DNA from: an uncultured Acidobacteriota bacterium
Lineage (GTDB): Bacteria; Acidobacteriota; UBA6911
DNA length: 32,000 nucleotides
Direction of reading: 5' to 3'
NCBI GenBank assembly: GCA_963827655.1
Contig: CAWHCF010000022.1
Span: 170,083 to 202,082, forward strand
The translations under genes were made by a program, and so were the position numbers. Below the pieces are notes generated by a model, which saw nothing but the letters and a program-made list of their open reading frames with translations, was not told where the DNA came from and did no database searches. Shown here piece after piece: positions 26,829 to 32,000 of this stretch; the stretch's first letter is position 1, and every line of letters begins with the position of its first letter.

Positions 26829-26848
26829 TCCGGAGAAGGACGCCAAGA

Positions 26849-29152
26849 TCACTTCAGGTGCTTCTCCAGGAACCGGAAGGTTCCCTGGCCGTTGATGGTA
26901 TGGCCGCCATTGAAGAACTCGATTTCGGTGCGATCGCCCAGGCCGAACTGGTCGTACAGCCGGCGGACCTTGGCGTACTCCGATGCCACCCATTCATCCG
27001 GCGCAACGGTGTCGGCATGACCACGCTCGACCATGAATGGCCGCGGAACCAGCAGGTAGACCATGTCCGCGTAGTTGAATGTGCTCCCCAGATCGAAGTA
27101 GGGCATCTCCCATTCGACTGTGAACATGAAGCTGTAACGGCTCTGCGTGGAAACGACCTTGCGCGCCCAGTCGTTGAAATCGGCGGAGCAGATCGAAAGG
27201 CAGTAACGTTCCAGCAGCGGTGGAACACGCACGGCCGTCTCACCACCGTAGCTCAGCCCGTAGAAGGCGATGCGCTTGGGATCGACCTGAGGCAACGTTT
27301 CCAGCCAATTCAGAATCTGCTCATGCTGCGCCAGAATGAAAGAGAAGAGCGACGCTTTGACCGCATTGGCTTTCCGGCTTAGAAAACGATAGCGATCTTC
27401 ACCACGATAAGGATTATGCGGGGCGAACGTGATGAATCCGCGTTCCGCCAGCCTGGCGGCGAAGTCGTGGTAGGCGCGGTGGTCGCCTTCAATAGTATCC
27501 TTGGGGACAGCGCCCCGGCCGTGCTGGCACACGATCACGGGCCGCTTCTCACCGGGTTTAAGGTCCTTCGGCACCAGCAGGACTCCCCAGGCAAACACAT
27601 CCGGGAAGACGTCCAGCACGACTTCGTAACCGGTCCACTTCGGGTTGTCGTAGATCTTGCGCGATCGCGGATTGAGCGCCAGCAGCGGATCTTCCAGCCT
27701 GCCCAGGACCTCGTCCCAGAAGTATTTCCGGTGCTTGCGGGTTTGTTCCAGGAACCGGTCGAGCGAGGGTGTCTTGGGATCGACGTCCCATTGGAGGAAC
27801 CGGTCGCGCGCGCGATCGGAATCGCGCAGCAGTAACTGAACGTGGTTCTCAAGCTCCTTGACCTGCCGCTTCTGGCGTGCCGCCGGATCGAGTTTTTTGC
27901 GCCGCTCGACCGGCAGCCGGTCGGAGATCGGTATCTGGGAGCGACTCCCCAGCATTTGCGCCAGCTTCCCAGCCGCCTCCGGCGACCCTGGTCCTGCCGG
28001 CCCGCCGCCAGCATCTCCCACGAGATAGGCTTTCTTCTGGAAGCCCGGCTGGATCAGAGCAGACATCCGGTTGAACTCGGCCTGCACGTTCGCGAATGGA
28101 GGAGTGACGATTCGACCCTCGGCGCCTCCTCCACGCCGCCCCGGGCGCGCGGGAGGAGGACCGCTTATCTTCGGCGCCGCGCTCCACTCGACTACCAGCC
28201 CGCGCGGGGCAATGAGGCTCGCTATTTCAGCGCTGCCGAATTCTCGCAACAACCCGAAGACGTTGCGATAAATCGGCTCCTCCCAGATTCGCTCCTGCGG
28301 ATCGAAATAGCCGCTCACCAGACACGCCTCGATTCGCGGGTCGGTCGCCGCCGCATAGAATGCGATCAGCCCACCCTCACCATAGCCGGCCACCGCGATT
28401 TTCGCGTCGTTGCCGGCGCGCTGCTTGAACCAGTCCACGACGGAATGCACCTTCTGCACTTCGTATCCGATGATGTGCCGTCCCATGTTATATGCCTGGC
28501 GATAGATCCACTCGCGGTGCGGCTGGTTGGTCCAGGCAACGTCCGGACTACCCGACCACTCATCGGAGCGATCGATCAGCACGGGAACCACGACCTGGAA
28601 ACCATTCTCCGCGAACCGGCGCGCGAACTGGGATTGACTCTCGACCCCGGGGGCCAGACCAGCGATTTGCTCCGGCGTCTGATCGGCGTCCGGGAGCGCA
28701 ACCAGGCAGCCGACCGGCGGGTCCTTGGGTTCCAGTAACAAACCTTCACCTGTCACTCCCTCCAGCACGCGCCACCGCACCTGATAGATGCGATAGCGAT
28801 CCGTTTCGGAAACCAGTGCCGGATTGTCGTCGTCGCCAAATCGCTCCATCACGACCGCAACCCGCGGATCGGCGAGCCCGATGCTCTTGGCAAAGCGCTG
28901 GCGATTGGGCCGGATCGATTCGTCATAGGCCTCAGCCGAGGCGAAATCGCGGTTCCAGTAGTTGGCGCGTTTTGCGGACGATCCCGCGATCTTTTGCTCG
29001 ATGAAACGGTGAAGGCCGTCCATCATTTTCGTCGAGAGATCACCGTCCCACGTCAGGGGCTGCGTGTTGGGGAGGGTAACAACCTGGAGGGCTGGAACAT
29101 CGCTGATTATGAACAGCAGGGCAGCGAACGCAAGAACGTGTTTCAAATTCAT
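26849..29152 (-). CDS. Secreted two-lobed alpha/beta-hydrolase (acetyl-xylan-esterase / dienelactone-hydrolase-like tandem)
   Basis: 767 aa with signal peptide MNLKHVLAFAALLFIISDVPALQ. The C-terminal lobe has the nucleophile elbow IAFYGLSYGGETA (Ser634, codon 27251-27253). The N-terminal lobe has the aligned IAVAGYGEGGLIA, with Gly258 (about 28379-28381) in the nucleophile position. Confidence 0.75.
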   Translation of the reverse strand: MNLKHVLAFAALLFIISDVPALQVVTLPNTQPLTWDGDLSTKMMDGLHRFIEQKIAGSSAKRANYWNRDFASAEAYDESIRPNRQRFAKSIGLADPRVAVVMERFGDDDNPALVSETDRYRIYQVRWRVLEGVTGEGLLLEPKDPPVGCLVALPDADQTPEQIAGLAPGVESQSQFARRFAENGFQVVVPVLIDRSDEWSGSPDVAWTNQPHREWIYRQAYNMGRHIIGYEVQKVHSVVDWFKQRAGNDAKIAVAGYGEGGLIAFYAAATDPRIEACLVSGYFDPQERIWEEPIYRNVFGLLREFGSAEIASLIAPRGLVVEWSAAPKISGPPPARPGRRGGGAEGRIVTPPFANVQAEFNRMSALIQPGFQKKAYLVGDAGGGPAGPGSPEAAGKLAQMLGSRSQIPISDRLPVERRKKLDPAARQKRQVKELENHVQLLLRDSDRARDRFLQWDVDPKTPSLDRFLEQTRKHRKYFWDEVLGRLEDPLLALNPRSRKIYDNPKWTGYEVVLDVFPDVFAWGVLLVPKDLKPGEKRPVIVCQHGRGAVPKDTIEGDHRAYHDFAARLAERGFITFAPHNPYRGEDRYRFLSRKANAVKASLFSFILAQHEQILNWLETLPQVDPKRIAFYGLSYGGETAVRVPPLLERYCLSICSADFNDWARKVVSTQSRYSFMFTVEWEMPYFDLGSTFNYADMVYLLVPRPFMVERGHADTVAPDEWVASEYAKVRRLYDQFGLGDRTEIEFFNGGHTINGQGTFRFLEKHLK

Positions 29153-29237
29153 TTCCTGTCGACTCCTTTACCGATGACATCGAGTCCCGGTGGCAAGTGC
29201 GCTGATCACATACGCCCCCGAACGCGAAGTTCCGCTG

Positions 29238-29267
29238 TTGACAGCCGTGACCCGGCGCATCTAGAGT
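29238..29267 (+). promoter_or_regulatory. Candidate sigma70-type promoter for the sulfatase gene
   Basis: TTGACA (29238-29243), an 18-nt spacer, then TAGAGT (29262-29267), about 50 nt upstream of ATG 29318 in the divergent intergenic region. Confidence 0.3.
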
Positions 29268-29317
29268 GAACACCGTCGACAAAATCCAAGAGCTGTCCAA
29301 TAAAAACAGGAACAAAC

Positions 29318-30832
29318 ATGTTCAAGAACATCACTCGATTTCTCGCCCTCGGACTCACGGCGCTCGTTTGCTGGTACAACGGTGAGGCCGCGCAAACGCC
29401 TGCCACAACGGGCGCGAGGCCCAACATCCTTTTCGTCTTTACCGACGACCATGCCTACCAGTCGATCGGGGCTTACGGCTCCAGGATCAACAAGACGCCG
29501 AACATGGACCGGCTGGCACGGGAGGGAATGCTGTTTCGCAATGCATTTGTCACCAACTCGATCTGCGCGCCCAGCCGGGCAGTGATTCTCACGGGAAAGT
29601 ACAGCCACCTCAACGGCGTGCTTGACAACGTACTAACGTTTGATGGATCGCAACAAACCTACTCCAAGCTGCTTCAGAAAGCCGGCTACCAGACCGCCCT
29701 GATCGGCAAGTGGCATCTGAAGAGCGATCCGACCGGCTTTGATTACTGGCAAATCCTGATCGGGCAAGGCCCTTATTATAATCCGCCCATGATCGAGAAC
29801 GGGACTAAGGTCACGCACACGGGCTACACAACCGACATTATCACCGATATTGCGCTCGATTGGCTGAAGAACCGGCGTGATCAGAAGAAGCCGTTCATGT
29901 TGATGTACCAGCACAAGGCGCCGCACCGCGACTGGCAGCCCGGCCCGAAATATCTGACCAGGTATGACAACATGACGATTCCTGAACCGGATACTCTTTT
30001 CGATGACTACTCCGGCCGCGGCTCGCCGGCCAAGACTCAGGAAATGAGCATCGAGAAGTCTCTTAACGAAACGGATCTCAAGCTGGTGCCCCCGAAGGAC
30101 CTCACTCCGGAGCAGCGCGGGCCCTGGGACGCCGCTTATAATCCCGCCAACGCGGCCTTCCGCAAGGCCAACCTATCAGGCAAAGAGCTGGTGCGGTGGA
30201 AGTACCAGCGCTATATCAAGGACTACCTTCGCTGTATCGATTCCGTGGATGAGAACCTCGGCCGGGTCCTGCAGTACCTGGACGAGACTGGCCTGGCGAA
30301 AAACACGGTCGTGATTTATTCGTCCGACCAGGGATTCTATCTGGGCGAGCATGGGTGGTTCGACAAGCGCTGGATGTACGAGGAATCGCTGCGCACGCCG
30401 CTCCTGGTCCGCTGGCCAGGCGTGGTCCAACCGGGAAGCGTCAATCACGATATGGTGCTCAACCTCGACTATCCGGAGACGTTCCTCGACATTGCCGGGG
30501 TTGGAGTGCCGGCCGACATGCAGGGGCGCAGTCTCAAACCATTGCTCATGAACAAGACGCCGAAGGATTGGCGCCGGAGTATTTACTACCACTATTATGA
30601 GTATCCCGGCCCTCACAGCGTGCGGCGACACTACGGCGTGCGCACCGATCGTCACAAGCTGATCCACTTCTACCAGCTCAACGAGTGGGAGCTGTACGAT
30701 CTTAACAAGGACCCGAAGGAGCTCCGGAGCGTGTACGGCGATCCAGCCTATGCCAAGATCCGCGATGAACTGGCCGCCGAGCTCAAGCGCTTGCGGACGT
30801 TGTACAAGGTGCCGGAGGACACGCGCCCGTGA
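29318..30832 (+). CDS. Formylglycine-dependent sulfatase (N-acetylglucosamine-6-sulfatase/arylsulfatase-like), secreted
   Basis: 504 aa with a signal peptide. Motifs: [10 protein letters not shown] and the CxPxR site [15 protein letters not shown] (Cys83 codon 29564-29566). Confidence 0.9.
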   Translation: MFKNITRFLALGLTALVCWYNGEAAQTPATTGARPNILFVFTDDHAYQSIGAYGSRINKTPNMDRLAREGMLFRNAFVTNSICAPSRAVILTGKYSHLNGVLDNVLTFDGSQQTYSKLLQKAGYQTALIGKWHLKSDPTGFDYWQILIGQGPYYNPPMIENGTKVTHTGYTTDIITDIALDWLKNRRDQKKPFMLMYQHKAPHRDWQPGPKYLTRYDNMTIPEPDTLFDDYSGRGSPAKTQEMSIEKSLNETDLKLVPPKDLTPEQRGPWDAAYNPANAAFRKANLSGKELVRWKYQRYIKDYLRCIDSVDENLGRVLQYLDETGLAKNTVVIYSSDQGFYLGEHGWFDKRWMYEESLRTPLLVRWPGVVQPGSVNHDMVLNLDYPETFLDIAGVGVPADMQGRSLKPLLMNKTPKDWRRSIYYHYYEYPGPHSVRRHYGVRTDRHKLIHFYQLNEWELYDLNKDPKELRSVYGDPAYAKIRDELAAELKRLRTLYKVPEDTRP

Positions 30833-30870
30833 GATGATGCGAAAGAATTGGGTCTGTGGCGCGGGTTATC
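30826..30870 (+). repeat. Dispersed element family 2, copy 3 (overlaps the sulfatase stop codon)
   Basis: cccgtgagatgatgcgaaagaattgggtctgtggcgcgggttatc aligns with cccgtcagaaactatgaaaaaattggtctgtggcgcgggtcatc (reverse complement of 23521-23563) and with copy 1. Confidence 0.55.
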
Positions 30871-30875
30871 GTCAA

Positions 30876-30988
30876 GAAATGACATGAGATGAAATTGATG
30901 ACAAATGGGAAACCGGCTGGCTGGCACCGGGATCCTTGAGACTACCCACATTGGTCATTTGTCATTGGTCATTTTTCATTTGTCATTT
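30876..30988. repeat. Imperfect palindrome built from GTCATT/AATGAC oligomers between convergent genes (possible bidirectional terminator)
   Basis: The left arm is aaatgacatgagatgaaattgatgacaaatggg (about 30877-30909). The right arm is cccacattggtcatttgtcattggtcatttttcatttgtcattt (30944-30988). The tract lies between the sulfatase stop (30832) and the YceI-like stop (31024). Confidence 0.5.
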
Positions 30989-31023
30989 AAGCACACTCCA
31001 AGGCGCCGCCTTGGACTGCGGCC

Positions 31024-31593
31024 TTATCGCTGCGCGGCCGCATGGCTCTTTTCCCCCCAGAGTAGAAATCTGAGGAGCATATTGTCCTTGGTCCGAATCA
31101 AGCCCAGGGCGGATGAAGGAGGAGTCAAATTGTAGTCGCTGAAACTCACCTGGGAATTGCCATCAAGTTCCAGCCGGTCGTCGCCGATCGACGTGATGGC
31201 TACATCCGCCGCCACCGGTTTACTGATGTCCTTGATCGTGAGTGTGCCGCTGATGTCGAATCGGCTTGACGCCTTCCGCGCGACCCGGTTCGAGGCAAAG
31301 GTCAACCGGGGAGGCTGATCGGCCGCGAGAATAAGATTCAAAACCTCTGCGAGAACCTGCTTGCGCTCGGCCGGCTTCAACCATTCATCGCGGCACACAG
31401 CGCTTCGCGCTTCGATCACGAGTCGAATGGAAGATTCTTCCGGCTTGTCGCGGTTGTAAAGAGCTTCGCCTTCGTATTGCTCGAAAAACAAGACGTGCTT
31501 CTTGCCTGTCCTGAGACCACTCTTGAAAATCTCGAGCGCGACTACGCTCTCATTCGAGGGACCGATCTGATAGGGTGCTGCGTTGCTGGTCAT
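31024..31593 (-). CDS. YceI-like family protein
   Basis: 189 aa. The central and C-terminal pattern is FASNRVARKASSRFDISGTLTIKDISKPVAADVAI...LDGNSQVSFSDYNL..PSSALGLIRTKDNMLLRFLL. It matches the YceI-domain layout (F.S..v...G.LT..G.tkpv...v..........f.i.rsdfg). No signal peptide is evident. Confidence 0.55.
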   Translation of the reverse strand: MTSNAAPYQIGPSNESVVALEIFKSGLRTGKKHVLFFEQYEGEALYNRDKPEESSIRLVIEARSAVCRDEWLKPAERKQVLAEVLNLILAADQPPRLTFASNRVARKASSRFDISGTLTIKDISKPVAADVAITSIGDDRLELDGNSQVSFSDYNLTPPSSALGLIRTKDNMLLRFLLWGEKSHAAAQR

Positions 31594-31613
31594 AGTTTTT
31601 TGAGAATACCATG

Positions 31614-31650
31614 GATCCTTCTTCGAGTCTTCGTGGTTAGTGCGGTTTCG
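31614..31650. repeat. Dispersed intergenic repeat family 1 copy
   Basis: gatccttcttcgagtcttcgtggttagtgcggtttcg lies between the glnA-like stop and the YceI-like start. It aligns with 18621-18659 and 24488-24528. Confidence 0.5.
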
Positions 31651-31654
31651 AGAG

Positions 31655-32000
31655 CTAATAATACGCGAGATAGCGATCGAGTTCCCAGGGATGCACCTGG
31701 CCTATGTATTCCTGCCACTCGGCCCGCTTGGCTTCGATAATATGGTTGGAGATGTGCGTCCCCAAGGCTGCCTGCAAGAACTTGTCTTTCTCAAATGCTC
31801 GAATAGCTTCGCTCAAATCTCCCGGCAGGTTCTGGACTCTCAGCCTGCGCCGCTCACGCTGGCTCATGCTGAGAATATCCTTGTTCACCGGTGGGCCCGG
31901 GAGAACCTTGCGGCGGATGCCATCCAGTCCGGAGCGCAGGATCGCGGCCAGACAAAGGTAGGGATTACACGCAGGATCCGGCAGGCGAAACTCGCACAGC
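31655..32000 (-). CDS. glnA: Glutamine synthetase, C-terminal fragment (the N-terminus lies beyond the right edge)
   Basis: Manual translation upstream of the 77-aa ORF-track fragment stays open to nt 32000. It reads ...PDPACNPYLCLAAILRSGLDGIRRKVLPGPPVNKDILSMSQRERRRLRVQNLPGDLSEAIRAFEKDKFLQAALGTHISNHIIEAKRAEWQEYIGQVHPWELDRYLAYY. This is the conserved GS C-terminal region (NPYL..AA.L.aGLDGI). Confidence 0.85.
   Translation of the reverse strand, partial: LCEFRLPDPACNPYLCLAAILRSGLDGIRRKVLPGPPVNKDILSMSQRERRRLRVQNLPGDLSEAIRAFEKDKFLQAALGTHISNHIIEAKRAEWQEYIGQVHPWELDRYLAYY

Overview
This is a high-GC (roughly 60%) chromosomal segment, most likely from an Acidobacteriota genome. The taxon guess rests on gene content recognised by eye: two ADOP-type duplicated orphan permeases, a PSCyt/DUF1549/DUF1553 + DUF1501 pair, and an ECF sigma factor coupled to a Ser/Thr kinase with TolB-like repeats. 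I call 20 protein-coding genes and 1 pseudogene. All are on the minus strand except an SGNH hydrolase and a sulfatase. Both window edges cut genes that the ORF track omits because they lack one end: a TldD/PmbA-like peptidase at 1-1485 and a glutamine synthetase C-terminus at 31655-32000. The most interesting locus is 15735-18590. It is a self-contained two-ORF (possibly one frameshifted ORF) module encoding a degenerate ribokinase/PfkB-like domain, an AAA+ ATPase and two C-terminal RyR-type repeats. I cannot match it to any characterised system. About 3 kb away, a group II intron (about 21381-23489) sits between two inverted copies of a dispersed ~65-nt element. Its reverse transcriptase/maturase is broken by three single-base frameshifts. 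A lower-GC vapBC toxin-antitoxin pair follows. Nearly every intergenic gap carries one of two short dispersed repeat families or odd tandem or palindromic oligomer tracts (TTGACGA x5, GTCATT-type). No rRNA, tRNA or CRISPR array was seen. All domain calls come from motif recognition by eye. No database search was possible.
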